From the IMG/VR virus record IMGVR_UViG_2654587540_000003: a stretch of DNA of 35,527 nucleotides, one strand, 5' to 3'. Below the pieces are notes generated by a model that saw only the letters and a list, made by a program, of their open reading frames with translations, was not told the DNA's origin and did no database searches. Positions 26,548 to 35,527 of the stretch are shown piece by piece (positions within the stretch are counted from its first letter, which is position 1; every line of letters starts with the position of its first letter). Origin of the DNA: a virus. Its lineage: Duplodnaviria; Heunggongvirae; Uroviricota; Caudoviricetes. The position numbers and the translations under genes were made by a program.

Positions 26548-28372
26548 ATTTGAGCTTAAGGCGTTGATCACCGGTGTCGACAGGCTTTCTCCCGCGCTGT
26601 CGAAAATGCAAAAGAAAATCCGGGGATTTAAACGCCAGGCGGAAGAAGCGTCACAGGGTGGGCTGGCGCTTGGTGGCGGATTGGCTGCGGGGCTGACGCT
26701 TTCCCTGAAATCTTATGCAGATCAGGAAAACGCCGCCACCGGGCTGAAAGTCGCCATGATGGATGCGAACGGCGAGGTTGGAAAGAGCTTTCAGGACATC
26801 AATAAACTGGCTATTGGCCTGGGTAACCAGCTACCCGGTACAACGGCTGATTTCCAGAACATGATGCAGATGCTGGTGCGTCAGGGGATCCCGGCAGAAA
26901 ACATTCTTGGCGGGGTGGGTAAAGCGACTGCTTATCTTGCGGTACAACTGAAAAAAACACCGGAAGCGGCTGCTGAGTTTGCCGCAAAGATGCAGGATGC
27001 TACCGGAACGGCGTCAGAAGACATGATGGGGCTGTTCGACACTATCCAGAAGGCGTTTTATCTGGGCGTGGACGATACCAACATGTTGTCATTCTTCACT
27101 AAAACCAGCTCTGTTCTGAAGATGGTGAACAAGGACGGTCTTCAGGCTGCACAGAGCCTTGCCCCCATCAGCGTCATGATGGATCAGATGGGGATGAACG
27201 GGGAGGCGGCAGGTAATGCCCTGCGAAAAGTTATCCAGTCCGGATTAAGTGTTAAGAAAATCAGGGACGTCAATAAAGTCATGGCCCGCCAGAAACTCGG
27301 GGTACAGCTCGATTTTACTGACGGCAAAGGAAGTTTTGGCGGTCTTGATAACATGTTTAAGCAACTGGCAAAGTTGCGAAAACTGACTGACGTTAAGCGA
27401 ACTAATGTACTTAAGGCAATATTTGGTGATGATGCCGAAACCATTCAGGTGGTCAATGCGCTGATCGATAAAGGAAAGGATGGTTACGATCAGATCCAGC
27501 AGAAGATGAATAAACAGGCCAGCCTGAATAAACGTGTTCAGGCACAGCTTGGTACGTTGTCCAACCTGTGGGAGGCAATGACGGGGACCGCAACTAACGG
27601 CCTTGCAGCTATTGGCGGCGCATTTTCTGGTGACGCTAAAAATATCACGCAATGGCTGGGGGAGTTGGGGGAGAAATTCACGAAGTTTGCGGATCAAAAT
27701 CCCCGGGTTATTCGCGGCGTCGTCGGGCTTGCTGCCGGTCTTGCGATTCTGAAACTGGGATTGATGGGCGTGGGCAGTGCCATCAGTATCGTCAGCAGGA
27801 TCATGTCGATGACGCCGATTGGCATGATTGCGACGGCGATTGCCCTAGCTGCGGGATTAATTATCACTAACTGGGATGTTGTTGGACCTTATTTCAAGAA
27901 GCTCTGGGAAACCATTGGTCCTTATTTTGAGGCTGGCTGGGAACTCCTTAAGAAAGTTTTTGCCTGGTCGCCGCTGGGGATGGTGATCAATAACTGGGGA
28001 CCGGTTGTTAAGTGGTTTCAGGATATGTGGGACAAGCTGAAGCCAATTATTGAGTGGTTTACTGACAGTTCCGGTGACACGGTCGATGCCATTAACTCTG
28101 CGCAGTGGGGCGCAGGTGCCTATGATGCTTATGGGACGGGAATACCGGCGCGGGGATACACACCTTATCCGGCGGTGGATCCGGCGCAGTCAAACAACGC
28201 CTCCGGTGCCACAGGCCCGAATCCCTTCATGATAAACAAAGCTTCTGCGCCAAAAGTTGATGGTGAGATCAAGGTATCTTTTGTGAATATGCCACCAGGT
28301 ATGCGGGTTATGGAAACGCGATCCAGCGGTATTGATGTCAGCCATGATGTTGGCTATACGCGGTTCAGGTAG
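26540..28372 (+). CDS. Tail tape measure protein
   Basis: 610-aa ORF with alpha-helical N-terminal part and C-terminal hydrophobic Gly/Ala-rich segments. Confidence 0.8.
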   Translation: MAEFELKALITGVDRLSPALSKMQKKIRGFKRQAEEASQGGLALGGGLAAGLTLSLKSYADQENAATGLKVAMMDANGEVGKSFQDINKLAIGLGNQLPGTTADFQNMMQMLVRQGIPAENILGGVGKATAYLAVQLKKTPEAAAEFAAKMQDATGTASEDMMGLFDTIQKAFYLGVDDTNMLSFFTKTSSVLKMVNKDGLQAAQSLAPISVMMDQMGMNGEAAGNALRKVIQSGLSVKKIRDVNKVMARQKLGVQLDFTDGKGSFGGLDNMFKQLAKLRKLTDVKRTNVLKAIFGDDAETIQVVNALIDKGKDGYDQIQQKMNKQASLNKRVQAQLGTLSNLWEAMTGTATNGLAAIGGAFSGDAKNITQWLGELGEKFTKFADQNPRVIRGVVGLAAGLAILKLGLMGVGSAISIVSRIMSMTPIGMIATAIALAAGLIITNWDVVGPYFKKLWETIGPYFEAGWELLKKVFAWSPLGMVINNWGPVVKWFQDMWDKLKPIIEWFTDSSGDTVDAINSAQWGAGAYDAYGTGIPARGYTPYPAVDPAQSNNASGATGPNPFMINKASAPKVDGEIKVSFVNMPPGMRVMETRSSGIDVSHDVGYTRFR

Positions 28373-28471
28373 TGTACAAAATGATTAATGTGTTTTTGTC
28401 TGGCATAATTTGGGTTTTCAACTTTAAGCAGTTAATATAATCACTCCTTACAAATGATTGAAGGGATGATT

Positions 28472-28966
28472 ATGCGTATCTTTGTGTTTTTTATATCTGC
28501 ACTTTTATCTTTTAACTTGGCAGCGGAAGAGTGTAAGTTCAGCTTTAATGAGTCAGAATTAATCTCTTCTATAGGTATTGCACCAGTTAAGCAAGAGATA
28601 GTAAAGGATGAAGGAATAACTAAGCGTCAATATGAATTCAGGAGAGAATTGTCTTTTGAAGAAATGCTTGGCGATGATGCTGATGAAAAATATGAGCCGC
28701 AGTTTTATATATCTATTTATAATCCATCATGTCCACAAAAGGTTATTATTTGGTTTTTCAAAGACAATAAAAACACACAAACTTTAAGTAATGAGGTCCT
28801 TGCTGGTAGAGCGTTCAAGTATTTAACTGGTGTTAATGAAAGTATTTTTGAAAATAAAATGAAAAAGTTTTCAAAGGTACAGTCATTTGAATCCTTTGAT
28901 GAGAGGACGGACTCTAAATTTATAAAGAGTGGTAATGTTTATTCCATTGATGTTCAACTCAGATAG
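28472..28966 (+). CDS. Moron: secreted/periplasmic protein of unknown function (about 164 aa, cleavable signal peptide)
   Basis: Very low GC compared with neighbours. Signal peptide MRIFVFFISALLSFNLAA. Own TATAAT -10 element at 28436-28441 and own terminator. Confidence 0.6.
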   Translation: MRIFVFFISALLSFNLAAEECKFSFNESELISSIGIAPVKQEIVKDEGITKRQYEFRRELSFEEMLGDDADEKYEPQFYISIYNPSCPQKVIIWFFKDNKNTQTLSNEVLAGRAFKYLTGVNESIFENKMKKFSKVQSFESFDERTDSKFIKSGNVYSIDVQLR

Positions 28967-28982
28967 TAATTGAAAATATTAG

Positions 28983-29041
28983 AACCCCGCCACATCTTCT
29001 GCGATGTAAATAACTGACAAAGCAGATTTGGCGGGTTTTTT
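28983..29041 (+). terminator. Rho-independent terminator downstream of the moron
   Basis: CCCGCCA...TGGCGGG stem with an extended imperfect stem, followed by TTTTTT. Confidence 0.6.
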
Positions 29042-29056
29042 GTATCCGGAGTTTAT

Positions 29057-30385
29057 ATGACGTGGAAAGACAGGCTTCAGGATGCGTCATTTCGCGGCGT
29101 ACCGTTTAAGGTTGAAGAAGAAAGTGCGGGAACCGGTCGCCGTGTGGAAACACACGAATATCCGAACCGCGACAAGCCCTATACCGAAGATCTGGGAAAA
29201 GTCACTTTCCGCCCGTCCATCACAGCTTATGTGGTGGGAGATGACTGCTTTGACCAGCGCGATCGCCTGATTGACGCGCTGAATAAACCCGGTCCCGGCA
29301 CGCTTGTCCACCCGACATATGGTGAGCTGAAAGTCTGTGTTGACGGGGAAGTTCGGGTCAGCACATCGAAAAGTGAAGGGCGTATTGTCCGCTTTGACCT
29401 GAAGTTTGTCGAAGCGGGAGAACTCTCTTACCCCACATCAGGTGCGGCGACGGCGCAGACGCTGATGTCATCCTGTTCTGCACTGGATGACTGCATCAGT
29501 GACAGCTTCAGCGGTTTCAGTATCGATGGTGTGGCGGATTTCGTGCAGAACGACGTTATCGGTAATGCCAGCATAATGCTGGGGTATGTTTCTGATGCGA
29601 TGAAAGTGGTGGATTCTGCCGTATCGGATGCCGCCAGGCTGTTGCAGGGGGATATCTCGGTACTTCTGCCGCCGCCATCGTCAGGCAAAAATTTCGTTGA
29701 GCAGGTGCAGAAAATGTGGCGTACCGGGAAACGCCTTTATGGTAACGCCAGCGACCTGGTCACCATGATCAAAACGCTTTCCGGTGTCAGCCTCGGCAGC
29801 GATCTGCAACCGCGCGGCATCTGGAAAACGGACAGTAAAACCACCGCTACGGCGACGCAGCAGCGTAACGTGGTTGCCAGCATCCTTCGTACGACCGCAA
29901 TCAGCGAAGCGGCGTATGCCGTCACCCGATTGCCTGCGCCAACAACTTCTGCGGTGATGCAGAATGCCGCAGTGGGGCAGGCAACAACACCTGCGCAGAG
30001 CACTGGCTGGCCTTCCGTCACGCATCCGGCACTGAACAATGCACCGGCGGTGAAAAACACGGTTGACCTGCCGACGTGGGAAGAACTGACTGACATTCGC
30101 GACACACTGAATACGGCAATTGATAAGGAGTTGTCCCGTACAACCAGTGATGCGCTGTTTCTGGCGCTGCGCCGGGTGAAAGCAGATCTGAATGCGGATA
30201 TCAACACGCGCCTTGAACAGTCTGCACGGATCATTCAGCGCACGCCGGATGAGGTTTTACCCGCGCTGGTGCTGGCGGCGACCTGGTTTGATAACGCGGC
30301 GCGTGACGCGGACATTATCCGGCGTAATGCCATTACGCATCCCGGCTTTGTGCCGGTGATCCCTCTGAAGGTGCCAGTGCAATGA
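29057..30385 (+). CDS. DNA circulation protein (Mu gpN-like)
   Basis: N-terminal region (MTWKDRLQDASFRGVPF...HEYPNRD) typical of this family. GGAG ribosome-binding site. Confidence 0.7.
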   Translation: MTWKDRLQDASFRGVPFKVEEESAGTGRRVETHEYPNRDKPYTEDLGKVTFRPSITAYVVGDDCFDQRDRLIDALNKPGPGTLVHPTYGELKVCVDGEVRVSTSKSEGRIVRFDLKFVEAGELSYPTSGAATAQTLMSSCSALDDCISDSFSGFSIDGVADFVQNDVIGNASIMLGYVSDAMKVVDSAVSDAARLLQGDISVLLPPPSSGKNFVEQVQKMWRTGKRLYGNASDLVTMIKTLSGVSLGSDLQPRGIWKTDSKTTATATQQRNVVASILRTTAISEAAYAVTRLPAPTTSAVMQNAAVGQATTPAQSTGWPSVTHPALNNAPAVKNTVDLPTWEELTDIRDTLNTAIDKELSRTTSDALFLALRRVKADLNADINTRLEQSARIIQRTPDEVLPALVLAATWFDNAARDADIIRRNAITHPGFVPVIPLKVPVQ

Positions 30386-31461
30386 ACGACAATGTCACGC
30401 TACGGGTAAATGGCCGGGAGTGGAATGGCTGGACATCGGTGCGCATCGGTGCCGGTATTGAACGGCTGGCGCGGGATTTCAGTGTGGAGATCACTCGCCA
30501 ATGGCCGGGAGATGAGGGTATCACCACGCTTCAGCCGCGCATTAAAAACGGTTCAAAAGTGGAAGTGCTAATTGGTGATGAGCTGGTGATCACCGGCTGG
30601 GTGGAGGCGACTCCCGTTCGTTACGATGCCCGTTCGGTCAGCACCGGTATTGCCGGACGTAGTCTGACGGCTGACCTGATTGACTGTGCAGCCGAACCGA
30701 CACAGTTTAACGGACGCTCGCTGGTGCAGATTGCGCAGGCGCTTGCTGCACCTTTCGGCATTGAGGTGGTGAACAGCGGTGCGCCGTCGGGTGTTATTCC
30801 TGATGTTCAGCCTGATCACGGTGAAACGGTGATTGAGGTAATCAACAAAATACTCGGTCAGCAGCAGGCGCTGGCTTACGACGACCCGCACGGCAGGCTG
30901 GTGATTGGCGGTATTGGCTCAACGCGGGCACATACCGCGCTGGTACTTGGGGAAAACATCCTTTCCTGCGATACGGAGAAGAGTATCCGGGAGCGGTTTT
31001 CTGTTTACCAGGTGGCGGGGCAGCGTGCCGGAAACGACGATGATTTCGGTGAGGCCACCACAACTGCGCTGCGGGCCCGCACAGAGGACGCATTTATTGC
31101 CCGTTACCGTCCGATGTATATCAGGCAGACAGGGCAGGCCACGGGGGCAGGCTGTATTGCGCGTGCTGACTTTGAAGCCCGACAACGGGCGGCGCGGACG
31201 GATGAAACCACTTATGTGGTGCAGGGCTGGCGACAGGGTAACGGTACGCTGTGGCAGCCCAACCAGCGGGTGATTGTCTTCGATCCGGTCTGTGGTTTCG
31301 ACAATACCGAACTGCTTGTTTCGGAAGTCACGTTTACTCAGGACCAGAACGGCACCCTGACGGAAATCCGTGTCGGCCCGCCTGATGCTTATCTGCCTGA
31401 ACCCGAAGATCCCGGCGCGCGGAAAAAGAAAAAAGCCAGAGTACAGGAGGACCCGTTCTGA
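30382..31461 (+). CDS. Baseplate hub / tail protein (Mu gpP-like)
   Basis: Position and size in the Mu-type baseplate module. Confidence 0.6.
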   Translation: MNDNVTLRVNGREWNGWTSVRIGAGIERLARDFSVEITRQWPGDEGITTLQPRIKNGSKVEVLIGDELVITGWVEATPVRYDARSVSTGIAGRSLTADLIDCAAEPTQFNGRSLVQIAQALAAPFGIEVVNSGAPSGVIPDVQPDHGETVIEVINKILGQQQALAYDDPHGRLVIGGIGSTRAHTALVLGENILSCDTEKSIRERFSVYQVAGQRAGNDDDFGEATTTALRARTEDAFIARYRPMYIRQTGQATGAGCIARADFEARQRAARTDETTYVVQGWRQGNGTLWQPNQRVIVFDPVCGFDNTELLVSEVTFTQDQNGTLTEIRVGPPDAYLPEPEDPGARKKKKARVQEDPF

Positions 31462-32009
31462 TGAGGGCGATTGAAGCCATGCAGCGACAACTCCTCGGCC
31501 TGATTGGGCGGGCCGTGGTGAAAAGCATCAGTGCCGCCACGAAATGTCAGACCGTGGATGTGTCCCTGATTGCCGGTGAACCCAAAGCCGGGGTTGAACA
31601 TCTTGAACCCTACGGTTTTACCGCAAGGGCAAACAGCGGTGCGGAAGCGGTGGTGTTGTTTCCGGATGGCGACCGTTCTCATGCGGTGGTTGTTACGGTG
31701 TCGGACCGGCGCTACCGCCTGAAAGGGCTGCAGACGGGTGAGGTGGCTGTCTATGACGATCAGGGGCAGTCCGTGACGCTGACCCGGGAGGGGATCGTGG
31801 TGGACGGTGCAGGTAAAACGATCACGTTTCGCAATTCACCTAAAGCACGTTTTGAAATGGACCTGGAAGTGACAGGACAGGTGAAAGACCTGTGCGACTC
31901 CAGCGGCACTACCATGTCAGCGATGCGGCTTGCCTATAACGGGCATCGTCACAGAGAGAACGGTCAGGGCAGTAACACCGACAAACCGGATAAAGCGATG
32001 GAGGCATGA
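31461..32009 (+). CDS. Baseplate assembly protein V-like (spike)
   Basis: Position and size in the baseplate module. Confidence 0.6.
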   Translation: MRAIEAMQRQLLGLIGRAVVKSISAATKCQTVDVSLIAGEPKAGVEHLEPYGFTARANSGAEAVVLFPDGDRSHAVVVTVSDRRYRLKGLQTGEVAVYDDQGQSVTLTREGIVVDGAGKTITFRNSPKARFEMDLEVTGQVKDLCDSSGTTMSAMRLAYNGHRHRENGQGSNTDKPDKAMEA

Positions 32010-32434
32010 TGGAACTGTGGCTGACGGTGAACGGTAAACGCACCTGCGCCAGCGCACCGCTGGATCCGCTGACCCGCGCCGTGGTGATTTCCCTGTTTAC
32101 CTGGCGGCGGGCGGAGCCTGATGACAACGCCGACGTCCCGATGGGATGGTGGGGGGATACCTGGCCTGCGGTACAGAATGACCGTTACGGCTCCCGACTG
32201 TGGCTGCTTCAGCGCAGCAAACTGACCAATCAGCTGGTGCAGACAGTAAGGGGGTATATCCGCGAATGCCTGCAATGGATGATTGATGACGGCGTGGTGT
32301 CCCGTATTGATCTGGATATCCGCCGCACCGGGATTAATGAGCTGGGTAACAGTATCACCCTCTGGCGTCGTGACGGACCGGTAATGATTTCTTTTGATGA
32401 TCTGTGGAGTGCGATAACGCATGGCGGACAGTGA
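32006..32434 (+). CDS. Baseplate protein (Mu gp46-like)
   Basis: Position and size in the baseplate module. Confidence 0.6.
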   Translation: MMELWLTVNGKRTCASAPLDPLTRAVVISLFTWRRAEPDDNADVPMGWWGDTWPAVQNDRYGSRLWLLQRSKLTNQLVQTVRGYIRECLQWMIDDGVVSRIDLDIRRTGINELGNSITLWRRDGPVMISFDDLWSAITHGGQ

Positions 32435-33479
32435 ATTTCAGCGCCCGACGCTGGCAGAAAATATCAGTATGCTCCGTAACGATTTATTCGCCAGGCTGGA
32501 CGTCAGCGACACGCTCCGGCGCATGGATGAAGACGTGCGGGCAAAGGTGTATGCGGCGGCGCTGCATACGGTTTACGGTTACATCGATTATCTGGCAATG
32601 AACATGCTGCCTGATCTGTGCGATGAGTCCTGGCTGGCGCGACATGCTGCGATGAAACGGTGTCCGCGCAAGGGGGCCACGGCTGCCAGCGGGTATATGC
32701 GCTGGGAAGGTGTCAGCGATGGCCTGAAGGTGACCGCCGGGAGTGTTATTCAGCGCGATGACCTGGTTCAGTACACGGCAACTGCCGATGCAACCAGCAC
32801 TGGTGGTGTCCTGCGCGTGCCGATCGCCTGCTCAAGTGCAGGCGCGGTCGGTAACGCTGACGACGGTACGTCATTAATCCTGGTCACGCCGGTGAATGGT
32901 CTGCCGTCTTCCGGCGTGGCAGATACACTGACAGGTGGATTTGATACTGAAGAGCTGGAAACGTGGCGCGCCCGCGTCATTGAGCGGTATTACTGGACGC
33001 CTCAGGGCGGGGCTGACGGGGACTATGTCGTCTGGGCTAAAGAAGTGCCCGGCATTACCCGCGCATGGACATACCGACACTGGATGGGAACGGGAACTGT
33101 CGGTGTGATGATTGCCGGCAGTGACCTGATTAATCCCATTCCGGAAGAATCAACGGAAACGGCGGCAAGACAACACATTGAGCCACTGGCCCCGGTGGCA
33201 GGCTCTGATTTGTATGTATTCAGGCCGGTGGCGCATAAAGTGGATTTTCATATCCGCGTGACGCCGGACACACCGGAAATACGGGCTGCCATCACCGCCG
33301 AGTTGCGTTCGTTCCTGCTGCGTGATGGTTATCCGCAGGGAGAACTGAAGGTGTCGCGTATCAGTGAGGCGATTTCCGGTGCGAACGGGGAATACAGCCA
33401 TCAGTTGCTTGCACCGGTGGACAATATCTCCATTGCGAAAAACGAACTGGCGGTTCTGGGGACGATTTCATGGACGTGA
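32421..33479 (+). CDS. Baseplate J-like protein (Mu gp47-like)
   Basis: Position and size in the baseplate module. Confidence 0.7.
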   Translation: MADSEFQRPTLAENISMLRNDLFARLDVSDTLRRMDEDVRAKVYAAALHTVYGYIDYLAMNMLPDLCDESWLARHAAMKRCPRKGATAASGYMRWEGVSDGLKVTAGSVIQRDDLVQYTATADATSTGGVLRVPIACSSAGAVGNADDGTSLILVTPVNGLPSSGVADTLTGGFDTEELETWRARVIERYYWTPQGGADGDYVVWAKEVPGITRAWTYRHWMGTGTVGVMIAGSDLINPIPEESTETAARQHIEPLAPVAGSDLYVFRPVAHKVDFHIRVTPDTPEIRAAITAELRSFLLRDGYPQGELKVSRISEAISGANGEYSHQLLAPVDNISIAKNELAVLGTISWT

Positions 33480-34054
33480 CAAACGATGATTACATCCGTC
33501 TGTTGTCGGCACTGCTGCCGCCCGGTCCGGCGTGGTCAGCCAGCGATCCGGCGATTGCAGGTGCGGCACCGTCATTAACCCGTGTTCATCAGCGTGCGGA
33601 TGCCCTGATGCGGGAGCTGGATCCGCGCACCACCACTGAACTGATAAACCGCTGGGAGCGTCTGTGCGGTCTGCCGGATGAATGTATTCCCGCAGGGACA
33701 CAGACCCTTCGCCAGCGTCAGCAACGGCTGGATGCGAAGGTTAATCTGGCGGGCGGCATCAATGAGGATTTTTACCTTGCACAGCTTGCTGCCCTGGGCA
33801 GACCAGACGCCACTATCACGCGATACGATAAAAGCACGTTCACCTGCTCATCGGCCTGTACTGACGCGGTGAATGCGCCGGAATGGCGGTATTACTGGCA
33901 GGTCAACATGCCAGCCGCCACCAACACCACCTGGATGACATGTGGCGATCCCTGTGATTCCGCACTGCGTATCTGGGGCGACACCGTTGTCGAGTGCGTG
34001 CTTAACAAACTCTGCCCTTCGCATACCTACGTAATTTTTAAATATCCGGAGTAA
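33470..34054 (+). CDS. Tail protein (Mu gp48 / YmfQ-like)
   Basis: Position directly before the tail fibre gene. Confidence 0.6.
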   Translation: MDVTNDDYIRLLSALLPPGPAWSASDPAIAGAAPSLTRVHQRADALMRELDPRTTTELINRWERLCGLPDECIPAGTQTLRQRQQRLDAKVNLAGGINEDFYLAQLAALGRPDATITRYDKSTFTCSSACTDAVNAPEWRYYWQVNMPAATNTTWMTCGDPCDSALRIWGDTVVECVLNKLCPSHTYVIFKYPE

Positions 34055-34057
34055 TCC

Positions 34058-34798
34058 ATGCATCGTATAGACACGAAAACCGCGCAGAAGGATAAGTTCG
34101 GCGCGGGTAAGAACGGTTTTACCCGTGGTAACCCCCAGACCGGCACGCCTGCCACCGATCTGGATGATGACTACTTTGACATGTTGCAGGAAGAACTTTG
34201 TAGCGTTGTGGAGGCATCCGGTGCCAGCCTGGAGAAGGGGCGGCATGACCAGTTGCTTACCGCACTTCGCGCACTGCTGTTAAGCCGCAATAATCCGTTT
34301 GGTGATATCAAATCGGACGGCACGGTACCAACGGCTCTCGAAAACCTTGGTTTAGGGGAAGGCTCGGCGCTGCCCGTTGGTGTACCCGTTCCGTGGCCTT
34401 CAGCCACCCCGCCAACGGGCTGGCTGAAATGCAACGGTGCAGCGTTTTCTGCCGTTGAATATCCTAAACTGGCGAAGGCTTATCCGACAAATAAATTACC
34501 GGATTTACGCGGTGAGTTTATTCGTGGCTGGGATGATGGACGCGGCATTGATACAGGACGTGCTTTATTGAATATTCAGAGTGATGATATTAAAAAGTTC
34601 GAACTTAAGTATTTTGGGCAAGGTGGTGGGCCTGGAACCGCAACAGTATTTGCATTGCAAAATGGTGTGAGTGGTATTTATACAACAGGAATTAATCAGG
34701 GAGTCGGATCTACAACCGCTAATGCTTTTCAAATTCCTGGTGGGCGTGAAACCCGTCCGAGAAATATTGCATTTAACTATATTGTGAGAGCTGCATAA
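34058..34798 (+). CDS. Side tail fibre protein; constant N-terminus fused to a variable C-terminus inside an invertible segment
   Basis: Contains the recombination site at 34335-34360. GC drops downstream of that site. Confidence 0.75.
   Translation: MHRIDTKTAQKDKFGAGKNGFTRGNPQTGTPATDLDDDYFDMLQEELCSVVEASGASLEKGRHDQLLTALRALLLSRNNPFGDIKSDGTVPTALENLGLGEGSALPVGVPVPWPSATPPTGWLKCNGAAFSAVEYPKLAKAYPTNKLPDLRGEFIRGWDDGRGIDTGRALLNIQSDDIKKFELKYFGQGGGPGTATVFALQNGVSGIYTTGINQGVGSTTANAFQIPGGRETRPRNIAFNYIVRAA
34335..34360. other. DNA-invertase crossover site (gix/hix/pix-like) inside the tail fibre gene
   Basis: CTCTCGAAAACCTTGGTTTAGGGGAA matches the 26-bp Hin/Gin/Pin consensus with half-sites TT-TC-AAAACC around a central AACCTTGGTT. 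Confidence 0.6.
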
Positions 34799-35400
34799 TG
34801 AATAGCGCGATATTGAATAATGAACTTATTGCCGTACAGGCAGGAAACATCATCGTTTACAACTATGACAGTGAGACAAAGGAATATATTTCCGCATCAA
34901 CTGAATATCTTGCGGTAGGTGTTGGTATTCCGGCATATTCTTGTTTAGATGCCCCCGGCATACATAAGGCTGGTTATGCAATCTGCCGTTCTTTGGATTT
35001 AAATTCATGGGAATATGTGCCAGACCATCGCGGTGAAATCGTCTATAACACCGAAACGGGGGACGCCAAAGAAATCACTGCACCGGGCGACTATCCTGAA
35101 AATACAACCACTATTGCCCCGTTAACGCCATACGATAAATGGGATGGTGAAAAATGGATGACGGATACTGAGGCACAACACGGTGCCGAAGTAGAAGCGG
35201 CGGAAGCACAGCGCCAGTCGCTGATTAATGCAGCAATGGCTTCCATTAGTCTGATTCAGCTGAAATTACAGGCCGGACGGAAGTTGACGCAGGCAGAAAC
35301 AACCCGACTTAACGCCGTGCTGGATTACATTGACGCGGTGACGGTAACAGATACCAGCACCGCGCCGGATGTCATCTGGCCTGAACTGCCGGAGGCGTAG
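34798..35400 (+). CDS. Tail fibre assembly protein (Tfa)
   Basis: C-terminus ...RLNAVLDYIDAVTVTDTSTAPDVIWPELP is typical of Tfa proteins. Coupled to the fibre gene (TAATG). Confidence 0.8.
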   Translation: MNSAILNNELIAVQAGNIIVYNYDSETKEYISASTEYLAVGVGIPAYSCLDAPGIHKAGYAICRSLDLNSWEYVPDHRGEIVYNTETGDAKEITAPGDYPENTTTIAPLTPYDKWDGEKWMTDTEAQHGAEVEAAEAQRQSLINAAMASISLIQLKLQAGRKLTQAETTRLNAVLDYIDAVTVTDTSTAPDVIWPELPEA

Positions 35401-35527
35401 GCCATTCAATATCTGGAGCACTGGATGTATCAACCAGTTCCAGTGCGTCCAGATAATCCAGCCACAAATTATATTGCGCCAGTTCCTCACCTTTCAGACG
35501 ACCAATAGCCGCTTTACCAGGCCATTG
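35372..35527 (-). CDS. 3' end of an alternative tail fibre assembly gene on the opposite strand (partial; 5' end beyond window)
   Basis: Minus-strand translation ...LAQYNLWLDYLDALELVDTSSAPDIEWP parallels the plus-strand Tfa C-terminus. Confidence 0.6.
   Translation of the reverse strand, partial: QWPGKAAIGRLKGEELAQYNLWLDYLDALELVDTSSAPDIEWPTPPAVQAR

Larger units (their letters stand above)
1..35527. mobile_element. Prophage segment: lambdoid organisation with HK97-like head and Mu-like contractile tail (SfV/e14-like); both ends lie outside the window
   Basis: Continuous run of recognisable phage modules: immunity (cI/cro with operators), replication, nin-like genes, Q, lysis cassette, HNH-terminase, portal/protease/capsid, sheath/tube/tape measure/baseplate, invertible tail fibre. 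Confidence 0.85.

Noticed and set aside
35266-35490. 74-aa minus-strand ORF at the right edge
   Set aside because: A different minus-strand frame encodes a clear Tfa-like C-terminus (35372-35527); this frame is a shadow.
1-35527. tRNA genes, CRISPR arrays, integrase, IS elements
   Set aside because: By-eye scan found no T-loop-like GTTCGA/GTTCAA contexts with tRNA arms, no regularly spaced direct repeats with spacers, and no integrase or transposase-like ORFs. The integrase and attachment sites presumably lie outside the window.

Overview
The whole window is one segment of a temperate enterobacterial prophage with lambdoid gene order and an SfV/e14-like structural region (HK97-type head, Mu-type contractile tail). 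All calls rest on reading the sequence and ORF translations by eye; no database search was run. Layout from left to right: (1) a low-GC accessory operon on the + strand (1-1202) encoding a Panacea-domain protein, a translationally coupled unknown protein and a 57-aa protein, closed by a bidirectional terminator; (2) a leftward early operon (1250-4690, minus strand) with a PrtN-like protein, a DEDD exonuclease and proteins resembling E. coli CPS-53 YfdT/S/R/Q/P; (3) a structured non-coding region and a repeat-bounded cassette with two convergent overlapping small ORFs (4691-5680); (4) the immunity region with an 18-bp operator family on both sides of a cI-like repressor, and a cro-like gene; (5) replication and nin-like genes, including an initiator carrying an internal iteron array, two orphan adenine methyltransferases and RusA; (6) a Q-like antiterminator with late promoter and terminator, then holin, lambda R-type endolysin, Rz and Rz1; (7) HNH endonuclease, terminase, portal, protease and capsid; (8) sheath, tube, chaperone with a -1 frameshift site, tape measure, a low-GC secreted-protein moron, baseplate genes, and a tail fibre cut by a DNA-invertase crossover site. 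The strongest candidates for an undescribed accessory or defence function are the Panacea operon at the left end, the cassette beside cI, and the secreted moron in the tail module. No tRNA, CRISPR array, integrase or transposase was seen.
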